From: a virus
IMG/VR virus record: IMGVR_UViG_3300005077_000565
Span: 64,001-128,000 of that record
Reading direction: 5' to 3' (one strand)
Length of the DNA: 64,000 nucleotides
Shown: piece after piece, positions 38,888 to 48,454 of the stretch
Position numbering within the stretch: the first letter of the stretch is position 1
Layout: each line of letters begins with the position of its first letter
The notes under the pieces: model-generated
Databases searched by the model: none
What the model was told of the DNA's origin: nothing
What the model saw: the letters and a program-made list of their open reading frames with translations, nothing else
Position numbers and translations under genes: made by a program

Positions 38888-39990
38888 GCTTCTTTGATTA
38901 GGTGACCGTAATTTTTCATAAATTCTGGCCAGTGCTTCATTTTACGCAGGTTAGCGCTGACGCCATAGTTAATGAACACTAGACGAGTTGCCATGATGAT
39001 CATTTCTGGATCGAAATTGTTCATCCAGAATCCCAGGCAGTTGTCCAGCATGTCGTCAAACTCTTCTTTTTTCAGAGTCTTACCAATGTTGTCGTACTGC
39101 GCCTTGAGTTCGTAGGCCATGTTAGTGCTCAGTGAATACAAGGCACTGATTTCCTTGGTCTTGAGTTCAGTAATTTCACCGCGCAGGATCAGTGTGGGGT
39201 TGGGCAATTTGCTGGCAACCTTACGATGTGCCTTGAACTTGAGAGCAGTACCTTCACCCACTGCACCAGCCACCATGTCAGTGACTTCTTCATCACTAAA
39301 GTCTTCGGCATCACGCAGTGTCTCGCTAACAAAGCTCCAGCTACGTGGTGTAGCGAACGAACGATCGTTGCTCTGTGGATCAAAATTATAGAGGTCGCTT
39401 TTGCTGAATGTCAGATAGCCTACGACATCGGGATGAATATTTTTACCGGCTGCCCAGTTCAGCCAATCATCAAAGTCAACACGAATTTCATAGTGAACGA
39501 AACGATTGGCCAGTGGCTTGGGCATACGATAGGTGACGCCTTTGTCAGTTTCACGATTACCGGCCGCGACAATAACCACATTATCGGGCAGACGATATGT
39601 ACCAACACGACGATTCAGAATCAACTGGTAGGCAGCAGCCTGAACTGCCGGCGCCGCACCGTTGAGTTCGTCCAGAAATAAAACTACGATGTCGTACTTG
39701 TCAGCAGTTTCCTTGCTGGGGAGTTCGCTAGGTGGTGCCCACTCCATGGTATTGGATGTGGAATTATAGTAGGGAATACCTTTGATGTCAGTGGGCTCCC
39801 AGAGCGGAAGGCGAACGTCAATCAGTAGACTGTTACTGTATTCTTCGGCAATACCAGCAACCAAATCACTTTTACCGATGCCAGGAGCACCCCAGATCAT
39901 AACTGGGCGTTGATGTTTAAAATGGTGTTTGATGTATTTTTTGGCTTCGCTCAGTCGTACTGTGCGAGCATTGGTATCATTTGCTGACAT
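38884..39990 (-). CDS. MoxR-like AAA+ ATPase
   Basis: WGAPGIGKS Walker A, LFLDELN Walker B, AAGNR, LANRF, TPRSW. Confidence 0.9.
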   Translation of the reverse strand: MSANDTNARTVRLSEAKKYIKHHFKHQRPVMIWGAPGIGKSDLVAGIAEEYSNSLLIDVRLPLWEPTDIKGIPYYNSTSNTMEWAPPSELPSKETADKYDIVVLFLDELNGAAPAVQAAAYQLILNRRVGTYRLPDNVVIVAAGNRETDKGVTYRMPKPLANRFVHYEIRVDFDDWLNWAAGKNIHPDVVGYLTFSKSDLYNFDPQSNDRSFATPRSWSFVSETLRDAEDFSDEEVTDMVAGAVGEGTALKFKAHRKVASKLPNPTLILRGEITELKTKEISALYSLSTNMAYELKAQYDNIGKTLKKEEFDDMLDNCLGFWMNNFDPEMIIMATRLVFINYGVSANLRKMKHWPEFMKNYGHLIKEA

Positions 39991-40019
39991 GCTGGTCCTT
40001 TGCGTATTGTCGTGGTTAA

Positions 40020-40048
40020 ATGATATAATGAATGCGATTTTTTGTCAA
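40020..40048 (-). promoter_or_regulatory. Sigma70-like promoter (proximal) of the AAA ATPase
   Basis: TTGACA-17 nt-TATCAT. Confidence 0.65.
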
Positions 40049-40083
40049 CACAACAAAAAACTCTAACTTGTTGATTGATATAA

Positions 40084-40112
40084 ATTATAGCAGATCTGCT
40101 ATTTTGTGTCAA
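40084..40112 (-). promoter_or_regulatory. Consensus sigma70 promoter (distal) of the AAA ATPase
   Basis: TTGACA-17 nt-TATAAT with extended TG. Confidence 0.8.
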
Positions 40113-40450
40113 TTTACACTACGAACCCAGTTTTGATAACCGCCCACTAATTTAATAATGGTGGCATCATCTTCACTGTACAGTACCAAAATATCACGAT
40201 GTATATAGTAGGGCCACTGCATGCCACGATCCAGACGTAACAGGTCGCCGGCGGTAATCTTTTGATCACGATCAATGACAAATTCGTAATGATCGAACTC
40301 CTGACGCATCAGCTGATGACCGAATTTAGTCAGGCGTAGACCCTGTCGTTGGTAATTGTAGAATATTTGTCGTGGATGCTTGACTACAGCATCGCTGTAA
40401 GTTTGCAGTAGGTAATTGTAAATCTGATCATGAATCGAAATCTGATTCAT
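40109..40450 (-). CDS. Hypothetical phage protein
   Basis: [24 protein letters not shown]. Confidence 0.7.
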   Translation of the reverse strand: MNQISIHDQIYNYLLQTYSDAVVKHPRQIFYNYQRQGLRLTKFGHQLMRQEFDHYEFVIDRDQKITAGDLLRLDRGMQWPYYIHRDILVLYSEDDATIIKLVGGYQNWVRSVN

Positions 40451-40730
40451 TGATTTGTTCACCCTGGGTTAATTTTACCACAGTAAAGTCGGAAGTTTTA
40501 AACATCTTATTTAGACGTTCAGCCAGGTTGAATGCGTGCCCAGGATTGGAGAAACTTACTTTTTTATATTTTGGGCCAGGATAATTTACCAGGTTGTTTA
40601 GGCTTCGTAAGTTTATTGGCTGATTCTGATAAAAAACTGCGTAGATGGCTTCGGCATTTAACACCTGCTCACTACGATAAGTTTTACTGTTTGTTTGTTC
40701 GAGAATTATTGTTGGTTTAGGTCTCGCCAT
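40428..40730 (-). CDS. Hypothetical phage protein
   Basis: [24 protein letters not shown]; AGGAG RBS. Confidence 0.8.
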   Translation of the reverse strand: MARPKPTIILEQTNSKTYRSEQVLNAEAIYAVFYQNQPINLRSLNNLVNYPGPKYKKVSFSNPGHAFNLAERLNKMFKTSDFTVVKLTQGEQINESDFDS

Positions 40731-40780
40731 CCTGACTCCTGCTTGTTCTTAATATTTATTAAGAATGCAGTTTTTTAATG

Positions 40781-41113
40781 TCAGGAACTTGGGCCGCGCC
40801 GGCCTTGAATTATCAGGTCACTACCGGTAACCAGGACACAGGTTCTACCGCTGGTTTTTCCTGATACAGTTATAGTGTAGGTTTGACGCTTACTGTTGAC
40901 CCACATCAGCATAGTGCCGGTAAATGTTTTTTTCTCCGAAGTCAACATCTCAGCTTCACCCATCATCATGGGTTCCTCGTCGTATTCCTGCTGAATTACA
41001 TTAAATACTGCTTCGGTATCCCCACAGATCACGGTCTGTGAGTAATAGTCAGCTGCCTGTGACGACACTGTTAGCATTGCCAATGCCACCAGTGTTGCTA
41101 TCTTGAGTGTCAT
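40781..41113 (-). CDS. Hypothetical secreted or periplasmic protein
   Basis: N-terminal signal-like peptide ending SQA; two Cys. Confidence 0.7.
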   Translation of the reverse strand: MTLKIATLVALAMLTVSSQAADYYSQTVICGDTEAVFNVIQQEYDEEPMMMGEAEMLTSEKKTFTGTMLMWVNSKRQTYTITVSGKTSGRTCVLVTGSDLIIQGRRGPSS

Positions 41114-41567
41114 TACGTTTCCTTTTTATTGCCAGATTAACATCTGATTCAGTTTTGTATGGACCAATAAATGGATACGTTTTTAATGTACGTACTCGTG
41201 GGCAGAATGCCGAGCTCCATTTAATACCGGGAAAAAATATAGCATAATGTCCCGCGGCATAATACATTGAACTAGCTTCTGACTTGGTGTATACTGGTAT
41301 ATTATCATCAGTCCCGACATTGAACACCGATTCAGAATTTGCCGGATACCCTAGTACATTGGCAAACACTGCTGGTGCTCTATTGGTATTTACAACAGTG
41401 AATGTTTTTTCAAAGGCCGCCTGATCGAGAATCTCTGAGGTTCCCTGAATTCTGTTAAAAAATTCAAACTCTCCGGAATCGTTGGATTTAATTGTACCGA
41501 TTTTTTGACTGCCGGACTCTACTATCCAGAATTTACCGTTGATAATGGGACTGGCGGAATATTTCAC
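41049..41567 (-). CDS. Hypothetical phage protein
   Basis: KFWIVE..YAAGHY..FCPR..YPFIGPYKT ORF. Confidence 0.7.
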   Translation of the reverse strand: MKYSASPIINGKFWIVESGSQKIGTIKSNDSGEFEFFNRIQGTSEILDQAAFEKTFTVVNTNRAPAVFANVLGYPANSESVFNVGTDDNIPVYTKSEASSMYYAAGHYAIFFPGIKWSSAFCPRVRTLKTYPFIGPYKTESDVNLAIKRKRNDTQDSNTGGIGNANSVVTGS

Positions 41568-42559
41568 GATTTCACTGAGCTATATGCGGCATTCAGATAG
41601 GTGGCATGGTCATTGGATTGCTCACTGACTTTGATGAGGTTATGCTTACCACAGAACTTCATGAATTTAATTCCAACCTGCGCCACCGGTGGTCGTTGTA
41701 CTTGTTCCAGGATAGCCTGGTCCAGAATACCCTTGATGTCGTCGGGCTGACACTTGAGATCAATCAGCATGCGATTACGGTGATAGTCATCCAACACCCG
41801 ATGTTCAACACCTTCGTGATCAGTCCAGCGTTGCAACATGAAGTTATTCCAGTTAAATCCGCGTGTATCACGATCAGCAAAGGCCTCTCTCATACCTACA
41901 CGATTTTTAGTGCCACGCTCACGTGCCCCAGGGAAGGCTGAGAATACATTATCCCCGCCGTCGCCACGAACACACTTTTCAAACAGCAGCCATTCAGGAT
42001 CTTCAATCATCTTCTGTCCCCCAGTCTTTTTGTCCTTCACTGGGCGACCACGATCATCAAAAATGCCGGAAATTGTGATATGCTGATTCTGAATCCCATT
42101 ATACTGCGATACATTCTCGTTAATCAGCTGATAGAAGTCACTGTCACTGCTGACAATTACATGCTTGCTGTCAGGATGATTTTGAATCCATCGAGCAATA
42201 AAGTCATCGGCCTCGCATCGCGGATGTTGTAATACTGTGCAGTTAGTGCGCTCTTGTATGAATTCCTTGAACTCATCAAATGCCGCCCAGAACGCACGAT
42301 CCTCCTCGGCCTCGGATTCAGTCAGCGCCGCACGTGCCACAGCACGATTAGCTTTATAGGGCTCATAGACATCCTTGCGCCAACTACGACCTTCAAGGCA
42401 GACCACAACATGACTACCATTAAAATCACGCCAGGCCTTATTGATACTGCTGAACATAATGTGTAGCGCCATGCCAATTTTAGTATCAATGTCGTCTCCA
42501 CGCACTACATAGCGTGCACGAAAAAACATGTTGGCGGCATCAACTAGAATGTAACTCAT
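41564..42559 (-). CDS. rnh: T4 RNase H-like 5'-3' exonuclease / flap endonuclease
   Basis: ILVDAAN, SWRKD.Y..YKANR, EADD, SSDSDFYQL, GDGGDNV. Confidence 0.9.
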   Translation of the reverse strand: MSYILVDAANMFFRARYVVRGDDIDTKIGMALHIMFSSINKAWRDFNGSHVVVCLEGRSWRKDVYEPYKANRAVARAALTESEAEEDRAFWAAFDEFKEFIQERTNCTVLQHPRCEADDFIARWIQNHPDSKHVIVSSDSDFYQLINENVSQYNGIQNQHITISGIFDDRGRPVKDKKTGGQKMIEDPEWLLFEKCVRGDGGDNVFSAFPGARERGTKNRVGMREAFADRDTRGFNWNNFMLQRWTDHEGVEHRVLDDYHRNRMLIDLKCQPDDIKGILDQAILEQVQRPPVAQVGIKFMKFCGKHNLIKVSEQSNDHATYLNAAYSSVKS

Positions 42560-42568
42560 CGGGATATA

Positions 42569-42862
42569 TTATTCAATGTTATTGTTGCCATATTCGTCAG
42601 TGACGATACCACGGCACAAATCGTTAAACCATTGGTCGACAACATCTTCGGGGTTTCGACCGCTATAACCGGCATTATACAACATTTCGACAAATTTGTC
42701 ATTCCAGTCAAGTTCAAAGAATCCTGAGCTAGGATCACGTGGGTCTGCCATGTGCACATTGATAACCTTAACCCAGGGCTGCTCTTCAATGGTAGCCAGT
42801 TCTTTTTCCAGCGCCGCGTCCTTGAGCCGTGCTCTTGCAAAAAGCTTCTTGATAAATTTCAT
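42569..42862 (-). CDS. Hypothetical phage protein
   Basis: GFFELDWN..VVDQWFNDLC ORF. Confidence 0.75.
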   Translation of the reverse strand: MKFIKKLFARARLKDAALEKELATIEEQPWVKVINVHMADPRDPSSGFFELDWNDKFVEMLYNAGYSGRNPEDVVDQWFNDLCRGIVTDEYGNNNIE

Positions 42863-42864
42863 TT

Positions 42865-43104
42865 TTAAGGTTCAATCCACAGTTCTTCGTCATATTTGAC
42901 TGTCTGTGTTAGATATTTAATTTTAAACGGGGAACTACTAGTAGTACCGCCTTCACCGCGCTCGAGAGAAAATCTAACTCCCTCAGACTGCAATTGTGCA
43001 TCCAGGGAATTTAATTCTTTAACTAAATTACCTAGATTGGTCACCAACTCAACTACTTTTGGATCTTTCATTTTATACTCCTTGATTATTTCTTCAGTTG
43101 CCAT
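42865..43104 (-). CDS. Hypothetical protein
   Basis: Short ORF in the operon; the true start may be the internal MKDPKV. Confidence 0.6.
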   Translation of the reverse strand: MATEEIIKEYKMKDPKVVELVTNLGNLVKELNSLDAQLQSEGVRFSLERGEGGTTSSSPFKIKYLTQTVKYDEELWIEP

Positions 43105-43349
43105 ATTACAAACTCATCTCGATCAATCCAGTAATGCTTTACTACAGGTTCTCCGGGACCAGTAATCCAACACTCACCGTGATAGGCCAGTCGGCCCCAC
43201 AGTGTTTTTCCTGTTAAGTAACACTGTTTAGGAAGCCAGCAGAATTTTAACCTCCACCATTTTGCTCGATTCAGTCCCCAATCTTCTGACGGTGGACTAC
43301 ATTGTACATCACTTTCGAATGAGTTATCTAGTGGCATCATGTGCCCCAT
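43086..43349 (-). CDS. Hypothetical Trp-rich protein
   Basis: Short ORF in the operon. Confidence 0.6.
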   Translation of the reverse strand: MGHMMPLDNSFESDVQCSPPSEDWGLNRAKWWRLKFCWLPKQCYLTGKTLWGRLAYHGECWITGPGEPVVKHYWIDRDEFVIWQLKK

Positions 43350-44218
43350 GCATTCTTATACAAAGGTACCTGAAGTCTATCGCTGTAGCGTAGTCCGTAC
43401 TTAGTGGCAAGTTCGGCCACCTGACGATTGTTCATTGAGTAAACACTTTCAACACCGCCCACGGGCATAAGATATACAGGACCAGTAAAACCATTGGCGC
43501 GATAGACATCCACCGCCGCCAGTGCTTCTTCGGCATCCTGTGCTGTGGCAATTACAAACTTCAAATATGTATAACCATATTCTTCATATTCACAGACTAC
43601 ATCGGGTTGAATTGCTTCGTGTTGTGCTTCACCACTGCAACTGAGCTTGGCACTGACACTGAAAGTAATACTGTTCACGCCACGTCCCAGGTCAATACCG
43701 CCATTATGGTGCCACTCACGATGAATCCAAGTTTTGAAATCATCTGTGAGCTGTTGCGTGCCATTGGTTTCAAATGTTAGTTCTTTTAGACTACGCATTT
43801 TAGGATGCTCGAGTAATTCAGGATACGCACGTTGCCAACCTAACAGTGGTTCACCACCAGTGATAACCAAGTGCTCGTCTCGCCATTCTTTGTAGGGCAA
43901 TGTTTCGACAATCTGCTCGGCTAGATCAGCAGTGTCAATCATTGGGCTCAGGTCCTTAAATTCAGGATAGACTGCCGCATAACTGTCACAACCAGTGGTG
44001 ACCAGAGGTAATTCATTGTAGTTGTTGTATTTTTCGATATTATTAATAACCGCCAGCACTTCGGGATTATGCGACTCGCCAGCAGGAACATCGCTACGCC
44101 CAAATCCACGACATCTAAAGTTACAACCAAAAGTGCGCAGGAATACGCTGGGAACACCCATGTAGCGTCCCTCACCCTGGATTGAATAAAATAATTCTGA
44201 AACTTTAATTTTGCTCAT
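43337..44218 (-). CDS. queE: 7-carboxy-7-deazaguanine synthase (radical SAM)
   Basis: ELFYSIQGEG..GVPSVFLRTFGCNFRC..GCDS, ITGGEP, FETNGT, LKFV, RLQV. Confidence 0.88.
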   Translation of the reverse strand: MSKIKVSELFYSIQGEGRYMGVPSVFLRTFGCNFRCRGFGRSDVPAGESHNPEVLAVINNIEKYNNYNELPLVTTGCDSYAAVYPEFKDLSPMIDTADLAEQIVETLPYKEWRDEHLVITGGEPLLGWQRAYPELLEHPKMRSLKELTFETNGTQQLTDDFKTWIHREWHHNGGIDLGRGVNSITFSVSAKLSCSGEAQHEAIQPDVVCEYEEYGYTYLKFVIATAQDAEEALAAVDVYRANGFTGPVYLMPVGGVESVYSMNNRQVAELATKYGLRYSDRLQVPLYKNAWGT

Positions 44219-44258
44219 GATAAATTGTTGTGTTGCAAATCTTGACAATAATAGATTT

Positions 44259-44287
44259 ATTGTACTACAGGTGATATTTTATGTCAA
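44259..44287 (-). promoter_or_regulatory. Sigma70-like promoter of queE
   Basis: TTGACA-17 nt-TACAAT. Confidence 0.7.
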
Positions 44288-44289
44288 AA

Positions 44290-44475
44290 TTATTTTTTCT
44301 TGATCAGAGACCAAGTACCGTCCTGATTGTCATTCCACTCAATGACATCACCGACATCCCAGCCGGCAATTTGTAGTGCTTCGTCAGGGATCTGTAAAAA
44401 TAACTCACCAGACTCTGGATCTTCTTGTACATCAATAGTCCAGTGTTTTGAGTCCTGTGATTTTAAATTACTCAT
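44290..44475 (-). CDS. AbrB/MazE/SpoVT-like small DNA-binding protein
   Basis: LFLQIPDEALQIAGWDVGDVIEW. Confidence 0.65.
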   Translation of the reverse strand: MSNLKSQDSKHWTIDVQEDPESGELFLQIPDEALQIAGWDVGDVIEWNDNQDGTWSLIKKK

Positions 44476-44890
44476 TATTTTTCCTTCGATCTGCAACACG
44501 GTTGCGCAGATCACCGGAACTAAAACGATGATCACGCTTGTTGAAATATAAATCAATGTCGCGTTTACGGCAGATATCTTTGCCAGTAAAATCCTTGTCA
44601 CGATATTCTTCACCTAGAATCCTGACATCTATATGATACATACTGAGAATGTCCTCTAGGTCCTGCTCGGTGACATAGGGGATAATTTCGTCAACGTACC
44701 CCACGGCCTTGAGTTGTGTGTAGCGCTCGACTATAGTTTGTATAGGAGAATTTTTAGACGGGCGATCTATACTGGGGTCTACTTGTAGCCCGCAAATTAA
44801 ATAATCGCATTGACTCTTGGCATCGCGCAACATTTGTACGTGCCCGGCATGCAAGAGGTCAAAAGCAGAGCAGGTAAAACCAACCTTCAT
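44468..44890 (-). CDS. tagD: Glycerol-3-phosphate cytidylyltransferase-like protein
   Basis: SAFDLLHAGH, CDYLICGL, ER..L.AVGYVDE, FSSGDLR. Confidence 0.8.
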   Translation of the reverse strand: MKVGFTCSAFDLLHAGHVQMLRDAKSQCDYLICGLQVDPSIDRPSKNSPIQTIVERYTQLKAVGYVDEIIPYVTEQDLEDILSMYHIDVRILGEEYRDKDFTGKDICRKRDIDLYFNKRDHRFSSGDLRNRVADRRKNNE

Positions 44891-45126
44891 TTATTTCCCT
44901 CGATGATTTTTAATAATTTTAAATTTAGAACAAAGTTTTCCACCAACAGATGTGTAATTACTGCTTTGAGTACAGTGATATCTTCGTCCATTTCAATTAC
45001 GTGCCCGGCCATCAATTGGTATGCAGTGTGTTCGTCGACTGCAAGATCAGCCCAGTCTATAGGGTCAGCACGTTCAGACTCTAGAGCTAGTTCTACGATG
45101 TCATTGACTGTGGGTTTACCATTCAT
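44887..45126 (-). CDS. Hypothetical phage protein
   Basis: AAGGAG RBS before MNGKPTV; DPIDWADL..LLVENFVLNLKL. Confidence 0.7.
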   Translation of the reverse strand: MNGKPTVNDIVELALESERADPIDWADLAVDEHTAYQLMAGHVIEMDEDITVLKAVITHLLVENFVLNLKLLKIIEGNK

Positions 45127-46462
45127 ACCAAAACTCCTTAAATTCCGGGCATGCTTCAAGTATACTGGTTTTCCTTACAGCGTCAAGAGCACCAACATGT
45201 CGCCGCGCCAGTTTTCTAAGTTCAACTACATTGTCGGGCTCGGGCTCCTGTAGTGTACGTTCAATGATCGACCATTGACTGGGCCAGCCAGCCCGCCCGG
45301 ATCGATCTCCACCCTGTGTATATTTTTCATGATTTGGCAACGAGAAAATATAAGAACGCAAAGATTCCAGCAGTGCTAGGCGATATTCCATTGGCAGTAC
45401 CTTGACTTGGAAATGCTCGGGCATTCTTAATATGCTTGACATTGTAATATGACCGGGTATCCCTGTAGATTCAAACCACTCAATTAGTTCAGCAAGTCCT
45501 GCCACCGTATACATACTGACTGTGGCATTTATGTTTAGGCCAATGTTTGGCTTCACTGTGCTGATGTAATGTTTTATTTGTTCTATATTTGCGTGAATGT
45601 TCGCCCAACGTGTGCCGTTTCTGGCCCATTCGGCCCGAGCACCAGTGCAGTCTATACTGGCACCAATGCCGATATAATTAAATTTAGACCAGTATTGATT
45701 CAATATATCAATGTTTTGATAATTTAATTTCAGCAAATTAGTATTGTAGGACAACATACAATCAAATCTCTGATGCTCTGCTAGCAGATCCAAAATTTCG
45801 TAATGCAGGCGACTGATCATTGGTTCGCCGCCGGCAAAATATATTTCCTGAATAGTTTCTATATTATCTAACACTGACTGTCTGATATTCACTAACCCCT
45901 GATCTGAAACATTTAACACAGCACCGTCAGTATTTGCCGCCTTTATCGGTGCCACTGGATAATCCCGCTTAAACCCAAAATTATCAAGAGCTTCCTGTTG
46001 TATCATGCTACTATATCCCGGAGAGCACATCACACATTTCATATTGCATAGATTCGTGTTGCGTACATCCCAGTATATCAGCGGTGTGTCTATAGAGACT
46101 GCACCAGTCTCATCATAGTCCAGTGATACTAGACTGCTGGAGAATTTTTCATTGGTCTGCATTCGATAACTACTGCCAATTTGTCGCTCCATGTCCCAGC
46201 ATGTTTTACAGATTGAATTTTCAACACCGGAAATCATGTCGCGTCTTAGTGACTTCCAGACGCCACTGTTCCTGGCTGATATAATATTGTTTTTGTTGAT
46301 GTTTATAGATTCTAAATCATCACTGTCTAGTTTATACCGATTATCGAATACTACACCTGCAGTATGGCAACAGGGTAAAAATTCACCGCCAGGCAGAACA
46401 TGCGCACCCTGCCAGGCACGCACACATATTTTATTATTTCCAGGTAGCTTGTCGTACTGCAT
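45116..46462 (-). CDS. Radical SAM protein with N-terminal twitch domain
   Basis: CNMKCVMC, FAGGEP; ICVRAW..PCC..CKTCW. Confidence 0.9.
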   Translation of the reverse strand: MQYDKLPGNNKICVRAWQGAHVLPGGEFLPCCHTAGVVFDNRYKLDSDDLESININKNNIISARNSGVWKSLRRDMISGVENSICKTCWDMERQIGSSYRMQTNEKFSSSLVSLDYDETGAVSIDTPLIYWDVRNTNLCNMKCVMCSPGYSSMIQQEALDNFGFKRDYPVAPIKAANTDGAVLNVSDQGLVNIRQSVLDNIETIQEIYFAGGEPMISRLHYEILDLLAEHQRFDCMLSYNTNLLKLNYQNIDILNQYWSKFNYIGIGASIDCTGARAEWARNGTRWANIHANIEQIKHYISTVKPNIGLNINATVSMYTVAGLAELIEWFESTGIPGHITMSSILRMPEHFQVKVLPMEYRLALLESLRSYIFSLPNHEKYTQGGDRSGRAGWPSQWSIIERTLQEPEPDNVVELRKLARRHVGALDAVRKTSILEACPEFKEFWYEW

Positions 46463-47826
46463 CACCAAGTATCCCAGAACTCATTGAATTCCGGACATGC
46501 TTTGAGAATACTAGTGTTTCTCATGGAATCCAGTGATGTTATGTACATTTTAGCACGTGCACGCAATTCTGAAACATTATCAGGTTCTGGTGATTCCATT
46601 ATCTTACGTAACAAATCCCACTGATCCGGCCATTTAGTTGCAGTATTAGTCTTGCCACTACTGGTATATCTGCGTTTGCGTTCTGGTTCCAGTGTTACAA
46701 TAAAGCTATCTAACTCGTGCATTAGTCGACGTCGATATTCCAGTGGTAATACAGTGATCTGATAAAAATTAGGAAACTGCAAGAAGTTGGTAATTGTTAC
46801 ATTACCATTAAACTGATGAGTTTCGCACCATTCGATGAGTTGTCGTAGTCCCGCAACAGTGTACATACTTAGCGTTACGTTTAACCCCATGTCAATACCG
46901 TTGTTTCCTGAATTCACTGCCTGCATAATTCTAGTAACATTTCGATCAATAACATCCCACTTGGTGCCGGCTCTGGCCCACTCAGCACGAGCTCCAACTG
47001 CATCTAGACTACCACGTAGTATAATTTTATCGAATTTGTTCCAATATTCAGTGATCACATCCTTGCCAAATTGATTTAGCTTTAATAAGTTGCTAGTATA
47101 AGTAAGTCTACAATCAGTTCTATTGGCGGCCAGCAATATATCCAATATGTCGTAGTGTGTCTGATTGATCAATGGCTCACCACCGGCGAAATATATTTCT
47201 TTAGTGATATCGACATTTTTCTTTAAATGTGTGATAATTTCGTTTTTTCCGAAATCACCAATATCGATTACTGCAGATATATTACCCCTAGTATCTGGAT
47301 ACGGGGGTTTGAAGTAATTAATTTTGTTTTCTTTATGTGCTTCTATAGTTTCTTGACAAAGCAAACTACTATAACCAGGTGAACACATAATACACTTCAT
47401 ATTACATAGGTTAGTGTCTCGTATATCCCAGTAGGAAATTTCATCAGTGTCTAGGGTACCGTCTGCATGATAATCAATTTCGTGCACAGTTTCTGAATGT
47501 TCAAAATTCGCCTGAATTCGATGACTGCCACCATGGGAATTTTCTAGATCCCAGCAGGACTTACAAATTGGATTTTGAACTCCATTAATTAAATCTTTTC
47601 TAAGTTGTTGCCAGACGTTGTGGTTTCTAATAGATGTAAGGTTGTTCTTGGATATGTTTATTTCATCCTGAACTTGTCTAGTAGTCAGTTCCTGACTCAT
47701 TGATTTTACATGTATTGCTGAACTAGTAAAGCAACAGGGTAGTACATGCCCGTCGGGTACTATATGCGCACCTCGCCAGGCCCGGACGCAGATTTTATTA
47801 TTTTTCGGTAATTCTGAATATTTCAT
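46462..47826 (-). CDS. Radical SAM protein with N-terminal twitch domain (tandem paralogue)
   Basis: CNMKCIMC, FAGGEP; ICVRAW..PCC..CKSCW. Confidence 0.9.
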   Translation of the reverse strand: MKYSELPKNNKICVRAWRGAHIVPDGHVLPCCFTSSAIHVKSMSQELTTRQVQDEINISKNNLTSIRNHNVWQQLRKDLINGVQNPICKSCWDLENSHGGSHRIQANFEHSETVHEIDYHADGTLDTDEISYWDIRDTNLCNMKCIMCSPGYSSLLCQETIEAHKENKINYFKPPYPDTRGNISAVIDIGDFGKNEIITHLKKNVDITKEIYFAGGEPLINQTHYDILDILLAANRTDCRLTYTSNLLKLNQFGKDVITEYWNKFDKIILRGSLDAVGARAEWARAGTKWDVIDRNVTRIMQAVNSGNNGIDMGLNVTLSMYTVAGLRQLIEWCETHQFNGNVTITNFLQFPNFYQITVLPLEYRRRLMHELDSFIVTLEPERKRRYTSSGKTNTATKWPDQWDLLRKIMESPEPDNVSELRARAKMYITSLDSMRNTSILKACPEFNEFWDTW

Positions 47827-48401
47827 TTTGGGCTCCAATGTACATTGCATCTGGGTTCGTATACGCCAGTACTACCCACAAGCAGCCGATCCCCGACTTC
47901 GGAAACTCGATAAGTTTTTGTGGCATCTCGGCCGCATACTGTACAAACTGCTTTAATTTTTTCAACAGTGTCGGCCAGGCCCATGAGTAGTGATGTCGTT
48001 TCAAAAGGTTCGCCTCGACTATCCTGATCTAAGCCGCCGACAACTACGTTTACGCCGGAGTTTAGCCATTGTGTTATGTGCCTGACAGTCTCATGAGTAT
48101 CTAAAAATTGAACCTCATCAAGAAACACCGTGTGATAGTTATAGGGCATGATCTTGTATTTCTCATCGATCTCTTTAAAAGAAGTAAAGCTCACTGATGG
48201 ATAACTTAGTTTATTGTGGGTTACAATGTGATCTTCACTGTATCGATCGTCACGTGCTGGTTTTAATACCAGCACACGCTGACGCTGGTGATCCAACCAG
48301 AGTACACGTTTCAGCAGGCTACTAGTTTTACCGGCGTACATGGGTCCACAGTATACTTCTAGTGTTCCGCGAACGACTTCGTATTTTTTATTTTCTGCCA
48401 T
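47823..48401 (-). CDS. tdk: Thymidine kinase
   Basis: GPMYAGKT, LDEVQF, GLDQD, CTVCG, YEPRC. Confidence 0.95.
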   Translation of the reverse strand: MAENKKYEVVRGTLEVYCGPMYAGKTSSLLKRVLWLDHQRQRVLVLKPARDDRYSEDHIVTHNKLSYPSVSFTSFKEIDEKYKIMPYNYHTVFLDEVQFLDTHETVRHITQWLNSGVNVVVGGLDQDSRGEPFETTSLLMGLADTVEKIKAVCTVCGRDATKTYRVSEVGDRLLVGSTGVYEPRCNVHWSPK

Positions 48402-48406
48402 ATATT

Positions 48407-48429
48407 AAAAAGGCCAGACGAATCTGGCC
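48407..48429 (-). terminator. Intrinsic terminator with UUCG loop after yhhQ
   Basis: GGCCAGA-TTCG-TCTGGCC-TTTTT on the minus strand. Confidence 0.75.
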
Positions 48430-48454
48430 CTGCGTGTTTACGATTTAACTAATA

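Noticed and set aside
44290-44475. Toxin-antitoxin module around the AbrB/MazE-like gene
   Set aside because: No adjacent toxin-like ORF; the neighbours are tagD-like and queE.
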